Assembly (NCBI RefSeq): GCF_001194135.2
Contig: NC_068983.1
Span: 85,554,025 to 85,618,024, forward strand
DNA: 64,000 nucleotides
Source of the DNA: Octopus bimaculoides
Taxonomy: Eukaryota
Direction: 5' to 3'
Every line of letters begins with the position of its first letter. The stretch's first letter is position 1. The position numbers and the translations under genes were made by a program. Below, in pieces: positions 1-13,177 of the stretch. Below the pieces are notes generated by a model, which searched no databases, was not told the origin of the DNA, and was given only the letters and a program-made list of their open reading frames with translations.

Positions 1-1120
1 GAACTAAAATTTAAAAGTTTATTCTTTCTGTGTTACATAGTTGCTGGGGATCCCTGTTTTAACTCATTTTATTTCTTTGTTAAATGTATTTGTTACTATA
101 TTTTGAACTGGCATGTAAGATTATCATCAAACATTAAAACGATAGTGAGCCCAAATTCCCTGTTACCAAAATTCCCAAGGGGCTTCATGGTAAATGAGCT
201 AAACTAACACAGTTATAAAGATAGCAGATCAAAAATCTAGATTCTGTTACATGAAATAAAAGTCAGTATTTCTTCATATATTTTTCCCTATTTTCTATCC
301 AACAAATACCTTTGTACATTACTTCATATACTATCTACAGAATGCTTAACAGCAGCTTAAATCGAGACTGAGTAAATTTAAACCATCTTGGAAAAAAAAA
401 AAAAATTTGCATACAAGTAAAGAGTATATCTTCGTAACAGACTATGGATCCAATGAAGTAATGAGATATGACTTTCAGCAGTAGAAGTAACAGTAGTTGA
501 AAGATATTAAAGAAAGTATTTAATAGAAGAGCTATGTCTAAATGTTGTTATTTAAGGTAATGAAGGACAAAGCTAATGGAGAACAGCATTGTTCCGAATT
601 TTTTGAATAGAGCATTACTGATGAGGTTAACCAGTCTCAATCAACATGGAAGGTAAATGGAATAAATGATGCACAATTCCAGTATAAACAAAAAAATGTG
701 TGTTACACGAATAAACTGTGGATTTATTCCTGCAAGAGACTGACTAGACATTCCTAAGTTGCTATAAAAGCTCTTTTCGTTTAATATTTTTTTATTTACT
801 TTTATTCAAGTAGATTTTGGGAAAAAAAATAACTATAAATTTTTACTATGAAGTTAAAAATCACAGTTGTGGCACACTGCATTATGGACTTTACAACATA
901 CCTTATTGCATTTTGTAGTTACAAATTTAAATCCTGTCTGGGTTAATTTAAGCTCTCTATTTATATGGTTGCCTGGAAAGCACCATTAATAAATTAGAAC
1001 CATGTTAATCAAGATAAAGAAAGCATTAAAGTAACTGAATGCTGAGCATTTCTTCTGGCACTATTTATTCCTAAGGGCTCAAATATCAAAGCAGCCCAAG
1101 ATTTCCTTAATACTTGACAA

Positions 1121-1193
1121 GTGTGTGCGTGTGTGTGTGCGTGCGTGTGCGTGTGTGTGTGTGTGCATGCGTGTGTGTGTGTGTGTGTGTGTA
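1121..1193. repeat. (GT)n/(GCGT) microsatellite
   Basis: Direct reading; source of the HTHT ORF at 1009-1212. Confidence 0.95.
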
Positions 1194-1391
1194 TACACAC
1201 ACTAGCAGGCATGTGGCTGCCTGCCTAAGTGTCTGAAAACACACTTATTGAATAAAAAGGTATATAAACCAAGCGACTCTGCAAGAAAGCTAGTTATAGA
1301 TTAAATTCTTCAACAGAGAAATATTCTTGTGATAATCTAGTTCCAAAAGATTTTAAGGTTTTATAGAGAGGATTCTATGGCTTTATATATA

Positions 1392-1929
1392 NNNNNNNNN
1401 NNNNNNNNNNNNNNNNNNNNNNNNNNNNNNNNNNNNNNNNNNNNNNNNNNNNNNNNNNNNNNNNNNNNNNNNNNNNNNNNNNNNNNNNNNNNNNNNNNNN
1501 NNNNNNNNNNNNNNNNNNNNNNNNNNNNNNNNNNNNNNNNNNNNNNNNNNNNNNNNNNNNNNNNNNNNNNNNNNNNNNNNNNNNNNNNNNNNNNNNNNNN
1601 NNNNNNNNNNNNNNNNNNNNNNNNNNNNNNNNNNNNNNNNNNNNNNNNNNNNNNNNNNNNNNNNNNNNNNNNNNNNNNNNNNNNNNNNNNNNNNNNNNNN
1701 NNNNNNNNNNNNNNNNNNNNNNNNNNNNNNNNNNNNNNNNNNNNNNNNNNNNNNNNNNNNNNNNNNNNNNNNNNNNNNNNNNNNNNNNNNNNNNNNNNNN
1801 NNNNNNNNNNNNNNNNNNNNNNNNNNNNNNNNNNNNNNNNNNNNNNNNNNNNNNNNNNNNNNNNNNNNNNNNNNNNNNNNNNNNNNNNNNNNNNNNNNNN
1901 NNNNNNNNNNNNNNNNNNNNNNNNNNNNN
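1392..1929. other. Assembly gap (N run) flanked by (TA)n
   Basis: N bases; other gaps at 14182-14340, 17307-17316, 46542-46943 and 54529-54538. Confidence 0.99.
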
Positions 1930-2631
1930 ATATATATATACAAAATACCAAAATACTTTTTTTTAAAAATCTACTTCAAAGATAACATCTAAAAATAAAG
2001 CCATTTTCCCTAAGACTTCATAATTTCATTGTAACAGCTATAAAGATGCTCAATTGAACTTAACTGATTTGATTTATACCTGTTAACAAGATGGAATTGA
2101 AAATAAATAACCTTATACTCTTGTATTTTAAACTCAGTATTTTAAAACAGAAACAATTTTATGACATCTATTCTCTGAGAAAATATTAATTTTTTTTCTT
2201 CTTTTAACTGAAAATCATTAAAAAAAAACTTATAAAAAAACTAAAAAAAAATTGTTATATAAAACTAAACATTTGGGAAAAAAAATGTTTAATAATGGTA
2301 ATACCTCTAAAATAAAAATACCCAAATAGAGTTGAAATGCAATTACTTTGGCATGAATCATAGCGAGGAAACAAGTGAAATCTATAAGTTTGAGAACACA
2401 GTCCCAAGATGGCCATCAGACTGAGATCAAATTGAAATATGAAAATGTCACTTGATAAATCAGGTCTCTTTTTACATTTAACTCATTGCCGACTTGATAA
2501 AATTACATCGATGAAGATTTCATGTCATGTAATATTTTCAGTCATAACATGATTTCAGTTTGGTATACATATTCCTCATGCATGTCACCACAAGAAAACA
2601 AAATATCAAAAGGAATTGTCCCTCCAAATGA

Positions 2632-2875
2632 CTGTATGATGCTTGTGTATGGATTGCAATGTTACATGAAAGTGAAGTGTGTGCACTGAATGCAGAGGAC
2701 ATGTAAAAGTTGGTCAAAAACGAAGCAAGCATGATACAGGGATGTGAACTGTTGATGTACATGAATGAAACACAGATGATCCAAGAGAAAAACGAGGTAT
2801 CAAAGGAATCTGATTTAGAGTGCAAGAGAGAAGACAACATGGGTACAGACATGTAATGCATATGAATGGTGACAG
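2632..2875 (+). mobile_element. Decayed RTE-clade LINE, C-terminal ORF fragment
   Basis: Translates with stops and a frameshift as LYDACVWIAMLHESEVCALNAEDM*KLVKNEASMI then REKRGIKGI*FRVQERRQHGYRHVMHMNGD, matching the RTE motifs LY..CV..AMLHGSETW and R.RRLRWYGHV.RM. Confidence 0.8.
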
Positions 2876-3224
2876 AAGTGATTATTTTTATGGATTTAGA
2901 GGCTGAGCCAAGAAATATTATTTGTACTAAGTCTGTTTATAGGAAATGGATGGACAAATCAATAAAGTGTGGCAAACCAACTGAGAAGTGAGGACTATAT
3001 CATGTCATCAACACTGCATTTTAGCTTATGTCACCTTATAAGCATTGCATTCTATCGAGTATCTTCTGGCACATAACACCTAACTCTCATAGGGACCCCA
3101 GTTCACATAGCTCTAAATAGGAACACTAAGAACATGTTACTATAAGCAGTAAAATCAAAATCTTTCTTCAGTCTGTGTTGTAGATTTGAAATGCTATTTA
3201 GTCGGCATCATCAGATAAGCTGTG

Positions 3225-3520
3225 CCTGTGGTAGTGCTAGTTATCATATGATCAGGGAGGTGATAGTCGCAGCTATTTATGGTGGCAGTTGCAGTGGTAG
3301 TTGTAGCAACAGTTGCAGTGGTAGTAGCAGCTATAGTCAACAGTGGCAATTACAGCTACTGTTGCAGTGGTAGTTGCTGATACACTTGCAACAGTAGTTG
3401 CAGTGGTGGTAGTTATAGCTATGTTTGTGAGGTATTTCCATCTATGATTGTGGATGTAATAGTGAAAGTGGATGTCATTATAGCAGTTTGGCAGTAGATG
3501 TGGTGGTGATCATGATGATT
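3225..3520. repeat. Degenerate (GTA/GTG/GCA)n trinucleotide tract
   Basis: Runs such as gtggcagttgcagtggtagttgtagcaacag. Confidence 0.75.
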
Positions 3521-3789
3521 GAAGAGATGTCCAGTGTTATCTATCCCAAGTTGGCCACGGTCAAGCACACTTATGATTCTAGGCATGGCTATCCCATCAT
3601 CTTTTTGAGACTTAGTACACCCAGACCAACATTATCTAATGCATCCCTTTTTTAAGATGGTACAGTCACACAACAATAGAAGGTTAAGACATTGTTACTT
3701 ATCATTGAGCAATGTGCATATGTGGATATTCCAACAGAGGATGTTGCAAAGGGGAGGGATAATCCATTAAAGATAAATCATCCACTGTG

Positions 3790-4050
3790 CCATGCTACAT
3801 TCAAAGGTAGAATACAACAGAGCAACAAGCAAAGTATGCAACAGAGGCAATTATGCTGTATGGCATGTAAATGGACAATAACAGATAGGTTAATTAAGTG
3901 TCAAAGGCTGAGTGTGGAGGATACTTATGGTAGAGGAAGATCAAAGGAGATATAGCAGATCTAATCTAAGAGCACTTGACCTCGCAAATCAGATGACACA
4001 AGATCAAGTAATACGGAAATATCTGACACTGTAGACTCATCTCACTTATG
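3790..4050 (+). mobile_element. Decayed RTE-clade LINE 3' end
   Basis: MQQRQLCCMA...LIKCQRLSVEDTYGRGRSKE resembles the RTE C-terminal VQERRL..KKC..L.VEG..GRGRP.KTW. Confidence 0.6.
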
Positions 4051-5414
4051 CCTGCACATATTAGATGAGAAAATAGACACTAAAACAAACGGGAAAGCAG
4101 ACACTGAAAACAAGGACAACAAATGACGACATGGAAGAACAGGATGCTCAAATCATGCGTTTCTCAAGTAGAGCTGACATGAGACATTAAACAATAGCAA
4201 CTATCATAAAACATTGTCAGCTGTGAGATACAAGTTCCCCCACTCCATCACTTTCCAATGAGACTTAGGGTTTACTCACCATATTAATCTGCCTGGTAAG
4301 AGAGCTTAAAATTGAAAACATTAAAATAAACTGGAAGAGCATCTAATTATGCTATAAATTTAGATTTGCCCAATTGATTTTCTCACTTTTCTTTTTTTTT
4401 CATTTTGAACTTATTTTTCTTTGATTTTTTTTCTTCTTCCCTTGCTTCGATAATTTTAAAATAGCTAAGAAGCAAGATGAAATGTCTAAAGTGAAAGATT
4501 AGAGTGAAAAGCCTGTCTATCAGTCCATCTATTCTTATCACATATGAAAGCAGGTATTCTTCTCTTCCTGCATACAACTAATATTGCAAGGCAATATAAG
4601 CATATGATGCTGCAACAACATGCATTTCACTGCAGTAATGTCAATCATCTTACTGCACTATTGATCTGCAAATAGAAGCCCAAAGCATCTGAAATCTGAA
4701 CTGCATATTATTAAATATAGATTGTAATAAGAGGGGTAGAAATGAAAAGAGAGAAATGGGAAGCAGTTGGAGTGGGGAATGGAGGTGGGAGGTATTAGAT
4801 GTGGGTGAAAACTACTTTTGAAATACAGATTATATTAGGGAAGAAAAGAGAAAACAGTCCCTTAGCCTGGTGCAGCCCACCAGAATTTGTTGAGTTGGCA
4901 AGAGAGCTGATAAGATAGCTAGATTTTTAAAAAGTGTTAATAGTTTTATGGAAGAGAGTTGTATTGGTACATGCATATAGATGACAGCAGTTTGGTGGAA
5001 AAAATAGTGAGAGGCAGAGAAAGACCAAAAAGGAGAAGAGAAAAAGTGAGATCAGGTCTGAAAATGTTGAGCTTCACAGAGAAGACAGTCATCCTCATCA
5101 TCATCAACAATATTTAATGTCCATTTTCCATGCTGGCATGGGTTGAATAGCTTGACAGGAACTATCAAGCCTAGGCGACCGCACCAGGTTCCATAGTCTG
5201 TTTTGACTTGGTTTTTTTATTACAGAGTAATAAAAAAGAAAATCACAAAGAATGGTAATTCGCTGTGCTGCATACCTGTGTTACCCATATAGAGACAGGA
5301 AAACATGATAATGTTATCGATAGCTTGATGATGGTAGTGGAGTCAGTGATGGAGATACCAGAAAGCTTAAGAGTTAGTACTGTCTTTAAAGAACTTGTGT
5401 TATTTTTTATGTTT

Positions 5415-6025
5415 GTTTACATCCTGAGTTCAAATATGGCCAAGGTCAACTTTGCTTTCCACTTTACTGGATTGACAAAATAAAGTACCAGTCAAGTACT
5501 GGGGTCAATGTAGTCAACTAACCCTCTCTCACTAAAATTGCTGGCCTTGTACCAAAATTTGAAAAAAAATTGTTGTGTTGCATTATTGCCACATTCCCAA
5601 CAATAACATCTATTAATTAATTTCCAAGTTTTTATTTTGAATAACAGTTAAGTCTTAGGACATCATCATATGTTCTGAGTTCAAATTCCACCAAGGTCAA
5701 CATGGCCTCTTATCCTTTTGGGATTGATGAAATAATCACCTGTTGAGCACTGGGGTCAATGCGATTGACTTGCCTCTCCACAATTATTATTATTATGAAG
5801 GCAGAAAACTAGCAAAATCTTAGCTTGATGGACAAAATGCTTTGTAGCATTTCTTCTAGCTTTACATTCTGAGTTCAAATTCCGTTATGGTCAACTTTGT
5901 CTTTCATCTTTTCAGGATTGATAAAATAGGTACTGGTTGAGCACTGGAGTTAATTTAATTGAGTAGGCCCATCCCATCAAAAATTTCAAGCCTTGAGCCT
6001 ATAGTAGAAAGAATTATCATCATCA
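5415..6025 (+). mobile_element. Three head-to-tail decayed copies of SINE family B
   Basis: Repeated core ctgagttcaaat...ggtcaactttg..tttca..ttt...gataaaat..gtac...ctggggtcaat at about 5420, 5670 and 5870. Confidence 0.85.
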
Positions 6026-6428
6026 TAGCTGATACTATGTCTTTGGATTTACTTTTAATAAAACAACGAAGTTATAAAGAAAAAAAAATAATCATAGGAG
6101 AATAAGTAGTCATTATAGAGGAAGTTAATGGTTCAAAAATTCCAAGATTTGAAAAGAAAAAAATTGTTCAAGTACTTTTAATGTCACAGCTAAATTCCAC
6201 ACTTGAAAAAACCTCAGCATTTGTGACTATTTTGTTTAACATATAAGGGAAGCCCCCACAAAAAAAAAAACACCACCACCACTACCTCACAAATACGTTC
6301 TCTTAAAGTGTGTCCTTTAAGAGAAAAGTGAGGGGAAGGCACGACAACACACACACATGAAGTGGGGCAATGAAAATTGTGTTTTATTTATTAATTTCTA
6401 TTTCATCCTTCAATCCACACCAGAAGAT

Positions 6429-6864
6429 ATAAACCCCTCAGCATTTAAAACAGCCATATCCAGTCCAAATATTCTACCTGTTTTACGTTCAAAACTAGCC
6501 AGATTTGACCTCTTACACCTTCCCTACAATACCACTCTAAAAACAAACTATCTCACCATTAAAATCTTGAAACTATGATTAATTCAGAACTGTGAGTAAA
6601 CATGCATTACATTTGACAGAGTAATCTGATTGTTAAAGTGTTAACCCTTTAGCATTTAATCCAGCCATATCTGGCCCAAATATTCTACCTGTTTTATGTT
6701 AAAACTGACCAGATCCAACCTCTCACACTTACCCTACAATATCATTCTAAAAATATACAAACACACCATTGAAATCTTGAAGCTACAAGATAGTGATTAG
6801 CTCAAAACAATGTGACTAAATAAGCATTGCATTTGTCAGTGAAATCTGAATGCTAAAAGGTTAA
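6429..6864. mobile_element. Two tandem copies of about 225-bp TTAA-flanked MITE family 1 (piggyBac-like)
   Basis: Second copy has TIRs ttaaccctttagcatt (6641) and aatgctaaaaggttaa (ends 6864). The first copy ends on the same TTAA at 6641-6644. Confidence 0.85.
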
Positions 6865-7754
6865 AGTGAACCCTTTAAAAGAAAAGGAGGGGGGGAAAAA
6901 GTACTACTACTCCTACACACATGGTGTGGAAAAAAATGTATTTCCATTATTAACTGTGCTTTAATTCCTCAATCCACACCAGAGGATATTAAGGAGGTAT
7001 TTGTAAACAGTTTATGCCTACAGATATATGAAAAGATAGTTAATCATAATGAACAAAATATAAGAAAAGGGTACAGAAAAGAATGTCTGTTTTGTTAGCA
7101 TAGATTTATAGACGTGTGAAAACCAATTCCCATCACTAAATATAAAGGAGAAAAGAAAGTATAAAAGAATATGCTTTATTGACAAAGCTACTGTTAGGTA
7201 ATAGTTGAAGAACTGGATGCAATTAAATACAGCATGCAGACAAGTCACTTTGAAATGATTAATATGAGATTTACATAGTAAATCTTCAGCTCTTTACTTT
7301 CTCAGAGAAAAACCATGTCTAATGAATTTTTGAAACCCACCTCCCCCAATAAGCAAAAAAAAAGGTGTGAGGACGAAAATCCAACAAACTATATTCAATA
7401 AAACAGAATTTAAACATTACAATATACAGAATACCATAAACAAACAGAACTATATTATTACATCTACCACCAAGACATTTGTCAATTTAGTTCTAAGTTT
7501 TCTGCTCAAACTATCTAAGTTAATCCCATGTAAACAGAACACCTGCCAAGAACAGAATGCTAAACTACTGCAGCTAAATGGATATAGAGTTTTTTACTAT
7601 AATCAGTAAATATCCCACAATGCAATAGTGAGTTGGGTGATTGCTTGTCATTTTGTCTTTCTCAGCTGACGTATCTTTGGAAAATTTCATTTAAAGTAGT
7701 AACAATTTAAAGTAGTAACGATTGTATGTGAAACACATGTATTGCATTTTGCTT

Positions 7755-7936
7755 TTAACCCTTTAGTGTTTAAACTAGCCATATCCAGACCAAATATTCT
7801 GTTTTATGATCAAACCACTCAGATCCAACCTCTCACACCTACCCTACAATATCATTTTTAAAATGAAACAGCCACATCATTAAAATCTTGAAGCTATGAA
7901 ATAAAGCATGACATAATCTGAATGCTAAACTGTTAA
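7755..7936. mobile_element. MITE family 1 copy
   Basis: ttaaccctttagtgtt ... aatgctaaactgttaa; internal sequence similar to 6641-6864. Confidence 0.85.
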
Positions 7937-7999
7937 TGGGAAATATGAAGACATACACACATTACAACACTGTCAAAATTTGACCACACTAGTCACCGA

Positions 8000-8150
8000 A
8001 ACTTCGATCAGCTAAGAGACTGAGACAATCAGAATAATGCATCTTGCCTGAGCAAGATAAACAACACCTTAGCTCTCCCCTCTAGTCCTCAACCACTGAG
8101 AGAACTATAGGGACACCATTGCAAACATACAGCAGATCTTGGGAGTACTT
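8000..8150 (+). mobile_element. Possible very old LINE C-terminal relic (I/Nimb/RTE-X type)
   Basis: cagctaagagactgagacaatcagaataatgcatctt is reminiscent of LRTGHNRL..HL, and PQPLREL*G of P.PL.EKLYG; heavily decayed. Confidence 0.3.
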
Positions 8151-8647
8151 TCAGACTTGGTGGAGTACAACCTACGCCGGGCCTGATCAGAGAAAATTAC
8201 TTCCAGAGAAAGACAGGAAGCAAGAAAGAGAGAAGGGGGAGAAGGGGAGGGGATGTAGGGTAGGTAGAATAGGAGGTGGGGAAGGGGAGGAAGAGTAATG
8301 AACCTCAGTATTGGACTGGTACTTCATTTCTTTACCCTAAAAAGGGGATGGAAGTAAAAGTAGGCCTCAACAGAATTTGAACTCAGAGAGAAAAGAGCCA
8401 GAATGAACTTTTCAAGGCAATCAATCTATATAATGCTCTAATGACTTTTGAACTAATGGCAATGCAGTTAGAAATTAAAAACAAGAACAAAACACGTTTG
8501 AAAATTGAACCCTGAATTAATAAAATAACCGAATAGATTTGTTATTAATGATGGAAATAATTTTAGTTCAGAATAGCATCTTGCACATTCTGCTGAATGT
8601 GAATATACTGTAAGAGAGCTACAACACTGGTATTCATCTTGAAAAAG

Positions 8648-9080
8648 TGTGGCTGTGTGGTACGAAGCTTGCTTCCCAACTACTTGGCTCCTGGTTCAGT
8701 CTTGCTGCGCAGCACCTTGGACAAGTATCTTCTACAACAGCCTCAAGCAAACCAAAGCCTTGTGAATGGATTTGTTAGGCAGAAACTGAAAAAAGCCCTG
8801 TCATGTGTGTGTGTGTGCATGTGTCACTGTGTTTCTCCTCTACCATACACATATATATATGCGTGTCTTAGTGTCTGTATTTGTCTCCTGCCACTGCTTG
8901 ACAACCGTCTGGTGTTCACATTCTGGTCACTTAACAGTTCAGCAAAAGAGACTGGCAGAGTGAGGAACAAACTTTCAAAAAAAATAGGTACTGGCATCAA
9001 TTCATTTGACTAAAATTCTTCAAAGTAGTGCCCCAGCATGGCCACAATTGAATGACTGAAACAAGTATAAAAGATAAAAG
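8648..9080 (+). mobile_element. tRNA-derived SINE family A (octopus OR-type)
   Basis: Head tggctgtgtggtacgaagcttgcttcccaac...ggttcagtc, internal (GT)n, tail cccagcatggcc...actgaaacaagtataaaagataaaaga; more than 20 related copies in the window. Confidence 0.9.
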
Positions 9081-9279
9081 AATATAATATATAGTACTAA
9101 AAAGCACAGAAGTATACCAGTTGCAGAAGAAATGTGTCCACTGCTGCTGCTGTTGGACACGTTATGTCCACTACGCACACACTTCTTTGCTTTTTAGCAT
9201 CATGAATCCATATGAGATGTTTTCCAAGACGAATACCACAGCATTATGACTTTCTACTGTATATCCACATTAAGTAGGA

Positions 9280-9506
9280 TACACAAGTGGGTACTGAAGA
9301 GTTTCTGGATTTGGGTAAAAGAAAATACAGGAGGATCGGTTATGATTTTATTCAACATATTCCATATTCCCCTCTTAGATTTACACACCTATTGCAGTGG
9401 TCCTTCAGTTTTTCTAAAGCCCAGTAAAAGGGCTTGGAAGGTTGGACACCCAACCAGGCCTTTCACAATACCCTTAAAGACAGGAATTTTTCTGCAGCCC
9501 CACATA
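9280..9506 (-). mobile_element. Non-autonomous mariner-derived MITE carrying the transposase C-terminus
   Basis: Imperfect TIRs (tacacaagtgggtactgaagagtttctggattt / aaagacaggaatttttctgcagccccacata) with TA ends. Minus strand reads WLGVQPSKPFYWALEKLKDHCNRCVNLRGEY..YVE*, the typical mariner FY..G..KL..R..KCV...GEYVE* end. Confidence 0.8.
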
Positions 9507-9959
9507 CAGAGTGCTAACCTAATAGAAATTAAATAAAAATTTAAACTACTTTCTCTGATTTCACATTCATTATTATTATACAAACTAGATTAACACTGAG
9601 TATCACTATGTTCTGAAAATACAAAGTACCATAAATAATTGACTTCTGTAATAGATAGTAAATCTAAAGTAAAAATCTTATTAGTTTAATTGCCAAAACT
9701 GTCTAAGAAAACAGGCTCCAATGTATATTATTATCATTATTATCATTATTATTATCACTGATATTCATCCTTGAATAAAAGTTCTCTAACCAATTTTGCA
9801 ATCTTGTCTTCAATTCAAAGTTTATAACCACTTGCCAACACGCTTGAAAAAGTCTGCAGCAATCACAGAGTCTTACTTTACTCCTTTCCTCAATAAAATG
9901 TAGGACACTTAATACAAATAAAAGACATTACTATCATTAACATTATCATAATTATAATA

Positions 9960-10760
9960 TGTTTAGTGGCATTTTGTCCGTCTTTGGGTACTGAGTTCAA
10001 ATGCCACTGAAGTTGACTTTGATTTGCACTCTTTTTGGGGGGATGAATAAATTAAGTCACACTTGAATACTGGGGTTGATGTAATGGACTAGTCCCCTTC
10101 CCCACAATTTCAGGCCTTGTGTCTATAGTAGAAAGGATTATTATTATTATTGGTGTTGCCATCCGGTTTCACCAGTCCTCAGTCAAATCGTCCAACCCAT
10201 GCTAGCATGGAAAGCGGACGTTAAACGATGATGATGATGATGATGATGATGATTGAAGTGGTGAGCTGGCAGAACTGTTAGCATGCCAGGCAAAACGCTT
10301 AGCAGTATTTCGTCTGTTGCTACATTCTGAGTTCAAATTCCACTGAGGTCAGTTTTGCCTTTCATCCTTTCAGGGTCAATAAATTAAGTACCAGTGAAAC
10401 TCTGGGTCGATGTAATTAACTAGTCCCCTCCCCCAAAATTTCATGGTTTTGTGCCTTCAATAGAAAGGATTATTATTATCATTATTATCATTATTATTAT
10501 TATTATTATTATTATCATTATTATTATTATTAAGGTGGCAAGCTGGCATAATTGTTAGCATGCTGAGCAGTATGCTTAGTGGTATTTTGTTCATCTTTGG
10601 GTTCTGAGTTTAAATTCAACTGAGGTTGACTTTACCTTTCATCCTTTTGAGGTCGATAAAATAAGTACCAGTTGAGCACTGGGGTCAATGTAATCAACTT
10701 ACCCCCTACCCTAAACTGGCTGACATTGTGCCAAATTTTGAAATCATTATTATTATTGCC
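9960..10760 (+). mobile_element. Array of three SINE family B copies separated by (ATT)n tails, with an RTE-tail fragment at 10152-10253
   Basis: Heads ggtgagctggcagaactgttagc (10260) and ggtggcaagctggcataattgttagc (10535); B-box ctgagttcaaattcc; tails agaaaggattattattatt. Confidence 0.9.
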
Positions 10761-10839
10761 ATTACTATGTCTTCTATTTTGGGCATGGGTCAACCAAAGC
10801 TTTGTGGGTGAATTTGGAAAATGGAAATTGAAAGAAGTT

Positions 10840-10876
<37 letters not shown>

Positions 10877-11201
10877 CGTGTGTGTGTGTGTGTGTCCATG
10901 GCCTTGATCTGATATCATGTAAAAGGTGTAAATATGCATCATCATCATCATCATACAAGTAATGTTCACTTCTTGTCATTCATGAGAAACATGTCTGGCC
11001 ATTGGGAATATCACCAACAAACAAATCCTGTCTGGCCCATGTGAGCAGGGAAAAGCAGAAGCTAAATTTTGATGATGACAACGATGACAATGCTAAATAT
11101 TCCTGAGACAAGCACAAACCTTAAAACACAACTCTGTAAATCTGATGGATCATTATATATCCAAAAATCTATCATCAATATTTTTAACAGAAATTACTTA
11201 C

Positions 11202-11248
11202 AGTATCTTCTGGAACACAAGTCAAATTTTTCAGACCAAATTTTACAT
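11202..11248 (-). CDS. Candidate internal exon (47 nt), product unknown
   Basis: Acceptor tgtatctcttacag and consensus donor gtaagt; open as (D)VKFGLKNLTCVPEDT or CKIWSEKFDLCSRRY. No homology recognised. Confidence 0.25.
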
Positions 11249-11554
11249 CTGTAAGAGATACAAGACAACTCTGGAGGACCAAAGAATTGTATGTGAAATG
11301 CAGCAAGATTTGGAAAAGTAGTGATGGTGAAATATTTACACTACATGTTTACATTATATATGTCAGCTTGTATGCTGGAAAATACAGTAAAACACAACTA
11401 TGGTTGTGAGTTGGCTTTGCAGCATTTAATCACTTCTTTATGGTTTGCATTGAAATCCCTCTGGGTTTGATGAAAAAATAAGCAGTTCCAGTCCCACAGA
11501 GGGTGGATTTAACTGTCTATACTGTTCCCTTCCAAATTTGTGGCTTCCTGCCAA

Positions 11555-11582
11555 GAGAGAGAAAGAGAGAGAGACAGAAAGC

Positions 11583-11640
<58 letters not shown>
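11555..11640. repeat. (GA)n microsatellite
   Basis: Direct reading. Confidence 0.95.
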
Positions 11641-11643
<3 letters not shown>

Positions 11644-11704
11644 TTAAAATCATGACTTTTAGAAGAAACTGTCACAAGTTGAATACCTGCCCCTACCAAA
11701 AGTA

Positions 11705-11745
<41 letters not shown>

Positions 11746-13177
11746 CATGTATATATATATATATATATATGCTATGGCACTAGATTCAAACATAAATAGA
11801 AGCAGTGCTGAAAAGCAGATAAAACTAAATGAACTCCCAAAAGGTTAGTTACAAGTTGTGTGGATGTAAATTTTACAAATAAAAAAATTAGTAGTAGTAA
11901 TAATAATAAGAACAATAATAGTAATAATAAAACAGAACCAATAAATAAATAAATAAAAAGATATATATATAATAAAACAATTTTTTTTTTTAAATAAATA
12001 AACAAAAATGGCAGTTTGGGGAATTAGCTGCAATGGCGAAATCTTTAATTCAATCAATAATGCATGTTCTTAGTCAATAGATGTTCTAGTGTCAGGTGAG
12101 TATTAACCAAAGTCATTCCATTAGTGTGTTCTTTTTCATATTACACACTAGTGAAAACCTTGGCACACACATTTATGTAGAAACATGTTCATCTTTGTTT
12201 AAATCATTGGTTTGTTTCTTAGATTTTCTTTTTTTTTTTTTTTTTTTTTTTTTTTTGAAGGAGGTGGGGGCTTGTTTTCTTTGGGGTTTTTTTTTTAGTC
12301 CAAATTTTAAGTGCATAGAAAGATAAGTGACAGCTGCACAGTTCAATGTCATCTTATAGTTAATATGCACACACATGTAGCCACAAATACGTAAGAGGGA
12401 GGTGTGAATTTGTGTACGATTGTTTTATCCGTATGTGTGCTTGTACTAACATATTCATACAGCAGTTTTTGTAAGACAAATACGTATAACATTGAGAGAG
12501 CTTCACTTAATTAATTTAAGAATTTAAAAATAAAAAGCTTATTCTCTCCACTTGAATCTCAAATGACTCAACAATAAATGCTTGAATTAAATCCAGGCAA
12601 AACGCTGTTACACACACAAGTGCGGAATGCTAGCAGATGACACAGTTTCAGTTTTTTTCTTTTTTAAAGAAAATAAAGCAAAACAGAATGTTATGAAATC
12701 CAGTTTAAAATATTTAGTTGCTAAGCTAAATTAAACAGTTGCTTTACTATAAAAATATAAAGAGTCTGATTTAATAATTATATTCAAAAGGAAAAAGAAC
12801 CGTTAGCAAGCAGTTATCACACATGATTGACAAGAAGTAGACAATCTCTAAAATACTACCTTTCCAACATTCTCAGTCTTTAGTTGTTACTTTTCTTTCA
12901 GTTCAAACTCTAAGAAAGATCAAGTAGACAACTAACCACCTTCCAGCACCATCCAGTTATTTGAGCAGAAGGTTTACAGCTGGATGTCCTTTTCTACTAC
13001 AAAGTACCTTATTGTGAAAAGAAACTGGTACCTAATTTGCAGTTAGAATGAATTAAGAGACTTGCCTAACAACAACAAAATGCAACTATTAAGTTTCAAA
13101 TCATGCTCAATGTATCAGAAGTGGAGCCTAACCTATTCTGCTCTTACAAAATGAACATGTGAAAGGAATACATACCG

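Noticed and set aside
310-386. Minus-strand segment with excellent acceptor (t-run ccaag) and donor (aag/gtattt)
   Set aside because: All three frames contain stops; could only be a non-coding exon, with no supporting evidence.
1361-1985. Long ORFs at 1361-1985, 14085-14404 and 46138-47197
   Set aside because: They run through N gaps or purine-rich low-complexity sequence.
4383-4577. ORF ending in a Lys-rich tail, resembling a terminal exon
   Set aside because: The basic tail derives from poly-T/A tracts; no homology recognised.
9132-9170. Small hairpin aatgtgtcca...tggacacgtt
   Set aside because: Only a 10-bp stem; too short for a pre-miRNA and expected by chance.
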